A stretch of 64,000 nt of DNA from Candidatus Fimadaptatus faecigallinarum (GTDB taxonomy: Bacteria > Bacillota > Clostridia > Christensenellales > Aristaeellaceae), in assembly GCA_018714445.1 (NCBI GenBank), contig DVNK01000063.1, forward strand, positions 5,976 through 69,975, written 5' to 3'. The translations under genes were made by a program, and so were the position numbers. A model generated the notes under the pieces. The model saw only the letters and a list, made by a program, of their open reading frames with translations, had not been told where the DNA came from and ran no database searches. Below, one piece after another: positions 29,538-37,783 of this stretch (its first letter is position 1; each line of letters starts with the position of its first letter).

Positions 29538-30725
29538 TCAGTTGCGGGTGGGATACTTGCCCTCTTGGGCAATGCGCTTGTTGAGCTCGGCCAGGTACAG
29601 GTCCTCGTCGACCGGCAGATCGACCTCACAGCCCAGCCAGCTCGACAGCAGTATCGCATTTGCCAGGTTTACGCCGTTTATGCCATCGCTGCCCGGCGCC
29701 AACAGCGGCGTGCCATCCAGTATATGCGCAGCGAAGTTGGTCAACACCTGACCGTGCTGCACGCCCCAGCCATCGGTGTTCTCGAACTCCTCGACGTCGT
29801 ATATATTGCCCTCGCCTCCGCCCATGAACAGACGGCTCGTCTCCTCCTGCTTGATGGTGGCGTTTATATCGTTTTCAAAGCGCTTGAGCCGATATACCGT
29901 GGCCTTCTTGCTGTCCTCGACGACTATCTTGCCGCCGTCCATGTCTATCTCAAGGCGATCGGTACCGATTATGTCGTGCGTGCAGGTTATGAACACGCCC
30001 GTCGCGCCATTGGGATACGTAAGCGTCGCGGTCACGTCGTTGTCCACGACTATGTCACGGCCCACGCCATAGCGCACCTTTGCGTACACCTTGCACGGTA
30101 TGCCGCAGATCCACTGGAACAGGTCGAGCTGATGAGGCGCCTGATTTACCAGCACGCCGCCGCCTTCACCGCCCCATGTGGCGCGCCACGCGCTCTGGCG
30201 ATAGTAGCTGTCCGGCCGCCACCATGAGTTAATTATCCAGTTGGTGCGGCGGATCTGGCCCATTGAGCCGCCCGCGACCAGCTCGCGCAGCTGCTGGTAC
30301 AGCTTGTTTGTGCGCTGATTGAACATTATCCCAAACGGCACCTCGGGATGGCGCGCGGCGCACTCGTTCATCTCGCGCACCGCCTTGGCGTACACGCCCG
30401 CCGGCTTTTCGACCATGACCGCCATGCCGTGTTCAAGCGCATATATCGCCATCTCGGTATGCAGGTAGTGCGGCACCGTCGTGACTATCGCGTCGACCTT
30501 GCCCGAGCTTATCATGTCGCGGTAGTCGTCAAAGAACGGCACTTCCGGGTACATTATCTCGCACATCGTGCGCTTGGCCGGGTCTATGTCGCACAGCGCG
30601 CCCAACTCGGCGTTGGTCGGCGCCGCGCCCATCATGGCCATTCCGCCGGTCAGATACCGCGCATAGAAACCGCCCTGGCTGCCCACGCCGACAATGCCAT
30701 AACGAATCTTCTTCAACCTCATCAC
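29538..30725 (-). CDS. Gfo/Idh/MocA family oxidoreductase
   Basis: 395 aa with KIRYGIVGVGSQG and MVEKP motifs. The real start may be the TTG at 30716, which has better spacing from AAGGAG. Confidence 0.9.
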   Translation of the reverse strand: MMRLKKIRYGIVGVGSQGGFYARYLTGGMAMMGAAPTNAELGALCDIDPAKRTMCEIMYPEVPFFDDYRDMISSGKVDAIVTTVPHYLHTEMAIYALEHGMAVMVEKPAGVYAKAVREMNECAARHPEVPFGIMFNQRTNKLYQQLRELVAGGSMGQIRRTNWIINSWWRPDSYYRQSAWRATWGGEGGGVLVNQAPHQLDLFQWICGIPCKVYAKVRYGVGRDIVVDNDVTATLTYPNGATGVFITCTHDIIGTDRLEIDMDGGKIVVEDSKKATVYRLKRFENDINATIKQEETSRLFMGGGEGNIYDVEEFENTDGWGVQHGQVLTNFAAHILDGTPLLAPGSDGINGVNLANAILLSSWLGCEVDLPVDEDLYLAELNKRIAQEGKYPTRN

Positions 30726-30921
30726 TCCTTGGCAGATTTTCCATAATACAAATTATAACCCCGCCGTAAATTCGTGTCAAGCGTTCAGGCAGTTTGCATC
30801 ATGTGCAATCGAAAATGTTATGAAATTTATCTGTTTCAGGCAATGATCGCAAGTTGATGGCGTCGCTGATTGGCCGCTAATTACATATCAGCGTCGTTTA
30901 TTGAAACGCTTGCTCAATGTC

Positions 30922-30957
30922 AAACAAAACGGGAGCCGCCCTTAAAGCAGCTCCCTG
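30922..30957 (-). terminator. candidate terminator after the glp-like operon
   Basis: Minus-strand hairpin GGGAGC-13 nt-GCTCCC followed by GTTTTGTTTG. Confidence 0.45.
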
Positions 30958-31167
30958 GATTTAGTGACACAGCAAACCCGGCTCGCAGATCAGTCGATCC
31001 AAACCGGCAAACCGCATACTTGCGTCGGCCATGGCAAACTCACCTTGCAACATGGCCGGCATATTCTCCCTGCAAAGAACCTCGTTGCATCGCGCGGTGC
31101 CGCAGCGTCCAACGCTCTGCCCGAGCCGCTCCCTAAGCAGCCTATATCAATCACAGCGCGCCAAACG

Positions 31168-31533
31168 TCATTCCGCGCGCGGCACATTGCGCGTGGCAAC
31201 CAGGTCCACGCCGCTGCCGCAGATGTCGCGTATCACGACGTCGCCTATCTTGACCGGCGCGTCTATCACGCACGCGCGTATCGCGCTGAGCGCCTCGGGT
31301 ATCGATGCCTTTGAGATCGTATCGCGCGTCTTGACCGAGCACAGCGGCATTTTGCCGCCGCGCACGAACACGCTCGAGGTCACGGTGCGCATCGGATTGG
31401 TGAACTCCTGCCGCGCGTACTTGTCGCCGCGCGGACAGGTATTGCCGGTTACGGTAATCTCGTCGCCCTCGCGCTTAACGCTCAGGCGGCAGCCCATAGG
31501 GCACACTATACAGGTCATCTCACGGGTTTCCAT
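31168..31533 (-). CDS. DUF1667 domain protein (third component of anaerobic glpA-like flavoprotein sets)
   Basis: 121 aa with the N-terminal CIVCPMGC ... GNTCPRG cysteine motif typical of DUF1667. Confidence 0.85.
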   Translation of the reverse strand: METREMTCIVCPMGCRLSVKREGDEITVTGNTCPRGDKYARQEFTNPMRTVTSSVFVRGGKMPLCSVKTRDTISKASIPEALSAIRACVIDAPVKIGDVVIRDICGSGVDLVATRNVPRAE

Positions 31534-31546
31534 TGTGCGCGCCTCC

Positions 31547-32788
31547 TTACGCCTGCTCGACGCTTATCGATATGTCGCCGCCCTGGGGTATGTCGACGGT
31601 TACCTTCTCCATCTCGCCGGGCGTCATTATCTGCTTTTTGCGCGACACCAGCTCGCGGCCGTCGCACATGACCTTCAAACGCGCGGGCTTTACGACATTG
31701 CCCACGCGGAAGTACAGATCCACCTTGCCCGACGCCGCCGCGCTGAGCCGCTGGGGCACCACGTACCGCACCGCACCCGCAACGCTGACCTTGCGCGTCG
31801 ACGGAGCGGCTTCCACGCCGCTGAGCGCATACGCCGCCGCCGATTTGCCCGCAAGTATCGCCTCAGCCGATACGTTATCGACCAGGTCGTGCACATGCAG
31901 CACATTGCCACACGCGAACACGCCCGGCAGCGAGGTCTGTCGCGTCTCGTCCACGACCGCGCCCGACGTCACCGGATCCATCTCGACGCCTGCCGCGCGG
32001 CTGAGCTCGTTCTCGGGTATCAGGCCCACCGACAACAGCAGCGTGTCGCACTCCACGTCAAACTCGCTGCCCGGTATCGGCGCGCGCGTCGCCGGATCCA
32101 CTTCGGAGATCGTAACGCCTGTCACGCGCTCCCGACCATGTATCGCGGTCACGGTGTGGTTGAACTTGAGCGGTATGTCGTTGTCGACCAGGCACTGCAC
32201 TATGTTGCGGTTAAGGCCCGACGAATACGGCATCAGCTCGCACACCAGCTTGACCTGCGCGCCTTCCCACGTCATGCGCCGCGCCATTATCAGTCCTATG
32301 TCGCCCGAACCCAGTATAACTACCTTGCGGCCCGGCAGATACCCTTCCATGTTGCACAGCCGCTGCGCGCACCCCGCCGTGTACACGCCCGCCGGACGCG
32401 TGCCGGGTATGTTCAGCGCGCCGCGCGTGCGCTCGCGGCAGCCCATCGCCAGCACTACCGCGCCCGCCCTGAGCGTAAGCAAACCCCGGCTGGCGCACAT
32501 CGCCGTCACGAACCGCTCGGGCGATACCTCCAACACCATCGTGTCGGTCAATACCTCGATATCGGTCTTGTCCAGTTCGGCTATGAACCGGCCCGCATAC
32601 TCCGGCCCGGTCAGCTCCTCGCCAAAGAAGTGCAGTCCAAAGCCATTGTGTATGCACTGCTGCAGTATGCCGCCCAGGTCGTGGTCGCGCTCCAGCACCA
32701 GCACCTTTGCGCCGGCCTTATCGGCCTCCAGCGCCGTCGCCAGCCCCGCCGGGCCGCCGCCCACGACTATCACATCGTAGTCATTCAT
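31547..32788 (-). CDS. NAD(P)/FAD-dependent pyridine nucleotide-disulfide family oxidoreductase
   Basis: 413 aa with two dinucleotide folds (VIVVGGGPAGL; VVILGSGDIGL). Overlaps the upstream gene by 8 nt. Confidence 0.88.
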   Translation of the reverse strand: MNDYDVIVVGGGPAGLATALEADKAGAKVLVLERDHDLGGILQQCIHNGFGLHFFGEELTGPEYAGRFIAELDKTDIEVLTDTMVLEVSPERFVTAMCASRGLLTLRAGAVVLAMGCRERTRGALNIPGTRPAGVYTAGCAQRLCNMEGYLPGRKVVILGSGDIGLIMARRMTWEGAQVKLVCELMPYSSGLNRNIVQCLVDNDIPLKFNHTVTAIHGRERVTGVTISEVDPATRAPIPGSEFDVECDTLLLSVGLIPENELSRAAGVEMDPVTSGAVVDETRQTSLPGVFACGNVLHVHDLVDNVSAEAILAGKSAAAYALSGVEAAPSTRKVSVAGAVRYVVPQRLSAAASGKVDLYFRVGNVVKPARLKVMCDGRELVSRKKQIMTPGEMEKVTVDIPQGGDISISVEQA

Positions 32789-34232
32789 CGCACTTGACCT
32801 CCCCCAGCTTTCCGGCTACCATGTACGACCCGCCGCCGAACTTGGTCAGCTGCTCGGTGGGCCGATTCAGCTCGCGGCTGAGTATCTCCATCACGCGCGG
32901 CCCACAGAATCCGCCCTGGCACCGGCCCATGCCCGCGCGCGTGCGGCGCTTGACGCCGTCCACCGTGGTTGCGCCGCGGTGTATCGCGTCCACTATCTCG
33001 GCCTCGGTCACGGTCTCGCAGCGGCAGATTATGCGCCCATAGAGCGGGTTTTCCTTGTACGCCGCAGCGCGCTCGGCCGCGTCCATCAGCCGGAACGGCT
33101 TGGCATGGGGCCTGAGGTATACCGCGTCCGCACGCTCGGTCACATCCGCGCCGGCCTGACCCAGCAGTTCGCGCACATACTTGGCTATCGCCGGCGCGCT
33201 GGACAGTCCGGGCGAGCATATGCCCGCCGCATGTATTAAGCGTGGCTCCATTTCGCTGGGCCGTATTATGAAGTCGCCCGTGGACGGCTGCGCGCGCACA
33301 CCCGCGAACGAAGTTATCACCTGCCGCAGGTTGAGCGTGGGCACCGACTTGAGCGACAGGCGCTTGAGCTCGCTCATGCCTTCGGGCGTGGTGCGGGTGT
33401 CGGTTTTGTCGGTCATGTTCATGGCCGTGGGGCCGGCAAACACGTTGCCATCCACCGTCGGCGACACCAGCACGCCTTTGCCCAGCTCGTTGGGCGTCTG
33501 GAATATGACCGTGCTCACACACAGCGCCTGCTTGTCCATCAACATATACTCGCCCTTGCGCGGTGTTATCGTAAAGCTCGCATCGCCTATCATGCGCGCC
33601 ACATCATCGGCAAACACGCCCGCCGCGTTCACAATATAGCGCGCGCTGACGCTGGGCTTGCCCTCGAATTCGACTTCAAACCGCTCGCCGCTGTGAATCG
33701 CGCGCACGCGATGGTTGAGCAGTATATCAACGCCATTCGCCCGCGCGTTCTCACTCAGCGCTATCGTCAGCTCGTACGGACAGGTTATGCCCGCCGTGGG
33801 CGCCCACAGCGCCGCCGTCACATCGGGCGACAGCTTGGGTTCGAGTTCGCGCGCGCGTTCGCCGGTGATTATCTCAAGGCCCGGCACGCCGTTTTTGCGG
33901 CCGCGCTCGAGCAGATTGTGCAGCTCCCGCTCGTCCGACTCGCCAAACGCTATGACAAACGATCCTACCCGCATCAGCGGCACGCTCAGCTGCTCGCACA
34001 TCTCGTCGAACATTTCGTTGCCGCGCACGTTCAGCTTGGCCATCAAAGTGCCCGGCACGCAGTCGTAGCCGGCATGCACTATCGCGCTGTTGGCACGACT
34101 CGCACCCATGGCCACATCCTCGCACGCGTCGCACAGTGCCACGCGCAGCCCCGTGTGCGACAGCTCGCGCGCTATCGCGCAGCCGGTCACGCCCGCGCCT
34201 ATCACCAGCACGTCCAACCGGTCGGTATTCAT
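32781..34232 (-). CDS. FAD-dependent glycerol-3-phosphate dehydrogenase/oxidase-like protein with BFD-like [2Fe-2S] domain
   Basis: DAO-type N-terminus (DVLVIGAGVTGCAIA) and a C-terminal CRCE ... CQGGFC motif. Start refined to MNTDRL, 7 nt after GGGGGA. Confidence 0.85.
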   Translation of the reverse strand: MNTDRLDVLVIGAGVTGCAIARELSHTGLRVALCDACEDVAMGASRANSAIVHAGYDCVPGTLMAKLNVRGNEMFDEMCEQLSVPLMRVGSFVIAFGESDERELHNLLERGRKNGVPGLEIITGERARELEPKLSPDVTAALWAPTAGITCPYELTIALSENARANGVDILLNHRVRAIHSGERFEVEFEGKPSVSARYIVNAAGVFADDVARMIGDASFTITPRKGEYMLMDKQALCVSTVIFQTPNELGKGVLVSPTVDGNVFAGPTAMNMTDKTDTRTTPEGMSELKRLSLKSVPTLNLRQVITSFAGVRAQPSTGDFIIRPSEMEPRLIHAAGICSPGLSSAPAIAKYVRELLGQAGADVTERADAVYLRPHAKPFRLMDAAERAAAYKENPLYGRIICRCETVTEAEIVDAIHRGATTVDGVKRRTRAGMGRCQGGFCGPRVMEILSRELNRPTEQLTKFGGGSYMVAGKLGEVKCDE

Positions 34233-34259
34233 ACGCATTCCCCCGCTTTCAAATAATAT

Positions 34260-34308
34260 AAAAAAGCCCATGACAAACGCACCGCAACTGCGGCGTCTGC
34301 CACGGCTT
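34260..34308 (-). terminator. leader terminator between glpP and the glpA-like gene (candidate GlpP antitermination target)
   Basis: Imperfect long minus-strand hairpin (AAGCCGTGGCAGACGCCGC-agtt-GCGGTGCGTTTGTCATGGGCTT) followed by TTTTTT, about 25 nt before the RBS. Confidence 0.5.
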
Positions 34309-34384
34309 CTCTATATCTCTGCCATGTGGAGACTATTTTACGCCAGAATCTTTGCGCCCGGCAATATATTGGTTTACGTTATGG

Positions 34385-34969
34385 TTAAGATTCGCGCGAT
34401 TCGACAATTTCATCCCAAAGATACGCACAGCTCGTCGAAACCGCGACCGCGCCCGCGCTTAGCGCCTGCTCGACCTCAGCGCGCGTGGTTATCATGCCCC
34501 CGGCTATGACCGGCCGGCCCAGCTCCGCGCCAATGAAGCTTATCGCCTTGGGCACCAGTCCCGGCAGCACCTCTACCAGCGCACACGGCGAATTCTTGAG
34601 CAGCTTCACGCCGCTTACAAAGCTCTGGGAGTCCATCAGAAACATGCGCTGCACGGTCTCCAGGCCGCATTCGTCGGCGCATTTTATCAGCGGCGCGCGC
34701 GTCGATATCACGCCGTCGGGCCGTATCCGCGCCGCGCAATATGCCACCGCCGCCGCATCGCGCCCCAACCCTTCGCACAGATCCAGATGCAGCAACACCC
34801 GTTTGCCATGCTCATGCGCGCGCCCTACCCAGTCCTCCAACTCCAACAGCCGCCCGCCCAGCAGGAATATCACATTGGCATTTGACCGACACGCCGCCTC
34901 AAGCGACGCGCTGTCGCGCACCGCCGCTATGATCGGACGGGCTTTCAACCCATCGATAAACTCGCTCAT
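34385..34969 (-). CDS. glpP: glycerol-3-phosphate responsive antiterminator GlpP
   Basis: 194 aa with GlpP family features (RPIIAAVRD ... VIFLLGG ... HLDLCEGLGRD ... DGVISTR). Confidence 0.88.
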   Translation of the reverse strand: MSEFIDGLKARPIIAAVRDSASLEAACRSNANVIFLLGGRLLELEDWVGRAHEHGKRVLLHLDLCEGLGRDAAAVAYCAARIRPDGVISTRAPLIKCADECGLETVQRMFLMDSQSFVSGVKLLKNSPCALVEVLPGLVPKAISFIGAELGRPVIAGGMITTRAEVEQALSAGAVAVSTSCAYLWDEIVESRES

Positions 34970-35041
34970 ACCACAGCCTCCCGCACCGCAATGCGCACAA
35001 AAATGCGGCGGAACACTGCCGCCGCATATATTTTATCAGAT

Positions 35042-35272
35042 TCAGCCGCGCTTGTCACCTGCGAGTTTGCCCGCAACCGCGACAGCGCTTCCGCTCGCCT
35101 GAGCAGCTTGACCGCAACTCGCACAGCCTGGCGTACCCGCATGGGCGCAACCCGCACAGCCGGCACAACAGCCGCAGCAACCGCCGCGCTTCCTGCGCCG
35201 CCAGACCGACCGCGCCGCCAGCGCCAGCAACAGCGCCATGACCAGGCTCAGTACCACGTCCGCAACGCTCAT
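35042..35272 (-). CDS. FeoB-associated Cys-rich membrane protein
   Basis: One TM helix followed by RRRKRGGCCGCCAGCAGC, directly downstream of feoB. RBS AAGGAGG. Confidence 0.75.
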   Translation of the reverse strand: MSVADVVLSLVMALLLALAARSVWRRRKRGGCCGCCAGCAGCAHAGTPGCASCGQAAQASGSAVAVAGKLAGDKRG

Positions 35273-35298
35273 ATGTGCAACCTCCTTATATTATATCA

Positions 35299-37317
35299 TC
35301 ATACAAATCCCAACAGCAGTCCGCCCTGATAGACTATCAGCGCCACGATGTACGCCGTCAGCGTCTGGAAGCCGCCCGCCATCAGCGCGCCCTTCATGCT
35401 GCCCCACTCGCGCCGCGTCGCCGCCATCGTCGCCACGCACGGCATGTACAGCAGCACAAACGCCAGGAACGAACTGGCCTCAAGCGTCGTAAACACGCTC
35501 GGCAGCGCCGCCTCGACGCTATCGCCGGCGTTGAGCAGCACGCTCAGCGTAGATATGACCGTCTCCTTGGCCGAGAAGCCGGTTATCAGCGCCGTGGCCG
35601 CGCGCCAGTCGTCAAAGCCCAGCGGCTTGAATATAACCGATATCAGCGAGCCCAGCGCCGCCAGTATCGACTCCGACGAATCGCTCACAAGGTTGAAGCG
35701 CACGTCAAAGCTCCTCAAGAACCAGATCACGACCGACGCCATGAATATTATCGTGAACGCCCGCTGCAAAAAGTCCTTCGCCTTGTCCCACATGTGCAGC
35801 AGCACCGACTTTAGCGATGGGAAGCGATACACCGGCAGTTCCATCACAAACGGCACCGGATTGCCCTTGAACGCCCGCCCCTTGAGCAGCAGACCCATTA
35901 TCACCGCAACCAGCATGCCGCCAAAGTACAGCACTATCATCACCAGCGTGCTCTTGCCCGGGAAGAACGCCGCCGAAAACGCCGCGTATATCGGCACCTT
36001 GGCCGAACACGACATGAACGGCGTCAGCAGCATCGTCATCTTGCGGTCGCGCTCGCTGGCCAGCGTGCGGCAGCTCATTATCGCCGGCACCGAACAGCCA
36101 AACCCGATCAGCATCGGCACAAACGAACGCCCGCTCAAACCTATCTTGCGCAGCAGCGAGTCCATGACAAACGCCACGCGCGCCATGTATCCGCTGTCCT
36201 CCAGCATCGACAGGAAGAAGAACAGCACCACTATCACCGGCAGGAAGCTCAACACCGAACCCACGCCGTTGAATACGCCGTCGATTATCAGCGAGTGCAT
36301 CCACGTGGACGTGCCGGCCTGAGTGAGCGCCGCGTCGGTTATCTCGGTCAGCTTCACTATGCCGCTATCCAGCAGCCCGGACAGCGTGCCGCCCACCGGC
36401 CCAAACGTCAGGAAGAAAACCATAAGCATTATGACCACGAACACCGGCAGCGCCCATACCTTGTGCGTGAGCACCGCGTCGATCTTCTCGGTGCGCGCGC
36501 GTTCACGCGAGTGGCCGCCCTTTTTGAGGTAGCGTGCGCAGATGCCTTCTATATATTGGTAGCGCATGTCTGCGGTAGCGGCTTCACGGTCAGTGCCCAG
36601 TTCCTGCTCCATTTCGTCAACGATGTGCTCCAGCACATGCTTGTCGTCCTCGGGCAGGTTTATCTTCTTTTCAAGCGCCTCGTCGCCCTCGACCAGCTTT
36701 ACCGCGGCAAACCTCGGCGGGTAGCCTATCGCGCGCGCATGATCCTCTATAAGGTGCGCCACCGAGTGGACCGCCTTGTGGACAGGGCCCGTACAGAAGT
36801 CCATGCGCTGACCGGGATTGCCGTTTTTTATCACATCGTCCACGGCGCGTATCAGTTCCTCTATGCCCTGATTGCGGCTGGCCGATATCGGCAGCATCTT
36901 GACGCCCAGCTCCTTGGACAGTCCGCGTATGTCTATCACGGTGCCCGAGGACTGCACCTCATCCATCATGTTGAGCGCTATTACCATCGGCCGGCCCAGC
37001 TCCATAAGCTGCAGCGTCAGGTACAGGTTGCGCTCCAGGTTTGTAGCATCTATAATGTTTATTATTACCGCCGGCTGCTGCTCCAATATGAAGTCGCGCG
37101 CGACTATCTCCTCGGCCGTGTACGGCGACAGCGCGTATATGCCCGGCAGATCGACCACGACCAGGTCGTCGTGACCGCGCACGGTGCCCTCCTTGCCCTC
37201 GACCGTCACGCCCGGGAAATTGCCCACATGCTGATTCGACCCGGTAAGTTGATTAAACAGCGTCGTCTTGCCGCAGTTCTGGTTGCCCACGAGCGCCGCT
37301 TTTTTTATCGTCGCCAT
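35299..37317 (-). CDS. feoB: ferrous iron transporter FeoB
   Basis: 672 aa with an N-terminal G-domain (GNQNCGKTTLFN, DLPG) and a polytopic permease domain. Confidence 0.96.
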   Translation of the reverse strand: MATIKKAALVGNQNCGKTTLFNQLTGSNQHVGNFPGVTVEGKEGTVRGHDDLVVVDLPGIYALSPYTAEEIVARDFILEQQPAVIINIIDATNLERNLYLTLQLMELGRPMVIALNMMDEVQSSGTVIDIRGLSKELGVKMLPISASRNQGIEELIRAVDDVIKNGNPGQRMDFCTGPVHKAVHSVAHLIEDHARAIGYPPRFAAVKLVEGDEALEKKINLPEDDKHVLEHIVDEMEQELGTDREAATADMRYQYIEGICARYLKKGGHSRERARTEKIDAVLTHKVWALPVFVVIMLMVFFLTFGPVGGTLSGLLDSGIVKLTEITDAALTQAGTSTWMHSLIIDGVFNGVGSVLSFLPVIVVLFFFLSMLEDSGYMARVAFVMDSLLRKIGLSGRSFVPMLIGFGCSVPAIMSCRTLASERDRKMTMLLTPFMSCSAKVPIYAAFSAAFFPGKSTLVMIVLYFGGMLVAVIMGLLLKGRAFKGNPVPFVMELPVYRFPSLKSVLLHMWDKAKDFLQRAFTIIFMASVVIWFLRSFDVRFNLVSDSSESILAALGSLISVIFKPLGFDDWRAATALITGFSAKETVISTLSVLLNAGDSVEAALPSVFTTLEASSFLAFVLLYMPCVATMAATRREWGSMKGALMAGGFQTLTAYIVALIVYQGGLLLGFV

Positions 37318-37326
37318 ATTAACTCC

Positions 37327-37578
37327 TTATCCGCGGCCCGGCGCGCCCGCACCCTGGCTTAGCTCAACCTCTATCTGCTCCGCATCGGCGCGGCGCAGCG
37401 TCAACTCATAGCCTCTGAGCGTTATCTCCATCGGATCGCCCATAGGCGCAAACTTGTTTACCCTTACCTTCGTATGCGGCGTCAATCCCATATCCAGCAG
37501 CCGTCGACGCAGCGCGCCCTGACCGCCTACGACGGTTATCACGCCCTCCTGACCGACGCGCATTTCGCCCAGTTTCAT
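37327..37578 (-). CDS. feoA: FeoA family protein
   Basis: 83 aa SH3-like FeoA (LRRRLLDMGLTPHTKVRV), immediately upstream of feoB. Confidence 0.9.
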   Translation of the reverse strand: MKLGEMRVGQEGVITVVGGQGALRRRLLDMGLTPHTKVRVNKFAPMGDPMEITLRGYELTLRRADAEQIEVELSQGAGAPGRG

Positions 37579-37641
37579 TTGTTTCAGCCCCTTTTCATCA
37601 CAATTTGCGCCTTAAATTCGCCCAAGTTAGCCACCACTAAC

Positions 37642-37669
37642 ATTATACCATGCTGCGCTACTCTGTCAA
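37642..37669 (-). promoter_or_regulatory. sigma-A promoter of feoAB
   Basis: Minus strand reads TTGACA, a 16-nt spacer, then TGgTATAAT (extended -10). Confidence 0.55.
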
Positions 37670-37718
37670 TGGGCTTTGGCGGTTTTTGCAAACAATTTAA
37701 GATCGCTACTGACAAAAT

Positions 37719-37757
37719 ATGCGCCGCACAAAGGGCATATGCCCCATGTGCGGCGCC
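37719..37757 (-). terminator. intrinsic terminator after the acyl-CoA synthetase gene
   Basis: Long hairpin GGCGCCGCACATGGGGCATATGCCCTTTGTGCGGCGC followed on the minus strand by ATATTTTGT. Confidence 0.6.
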
Positions 37758-37783
37758 AGTATCCACATATTATATTGCCTTTG

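Noticed and set aside
35042-35272. Cys-rich 76-aa ORF as a novel metallothionein or RiPP
   Set aside because: A TM helix followed by a basic patch and a GCCGCC-type Cys cluster directly after feoB is the known FeoB-associated Cys-rich membrane protein family.
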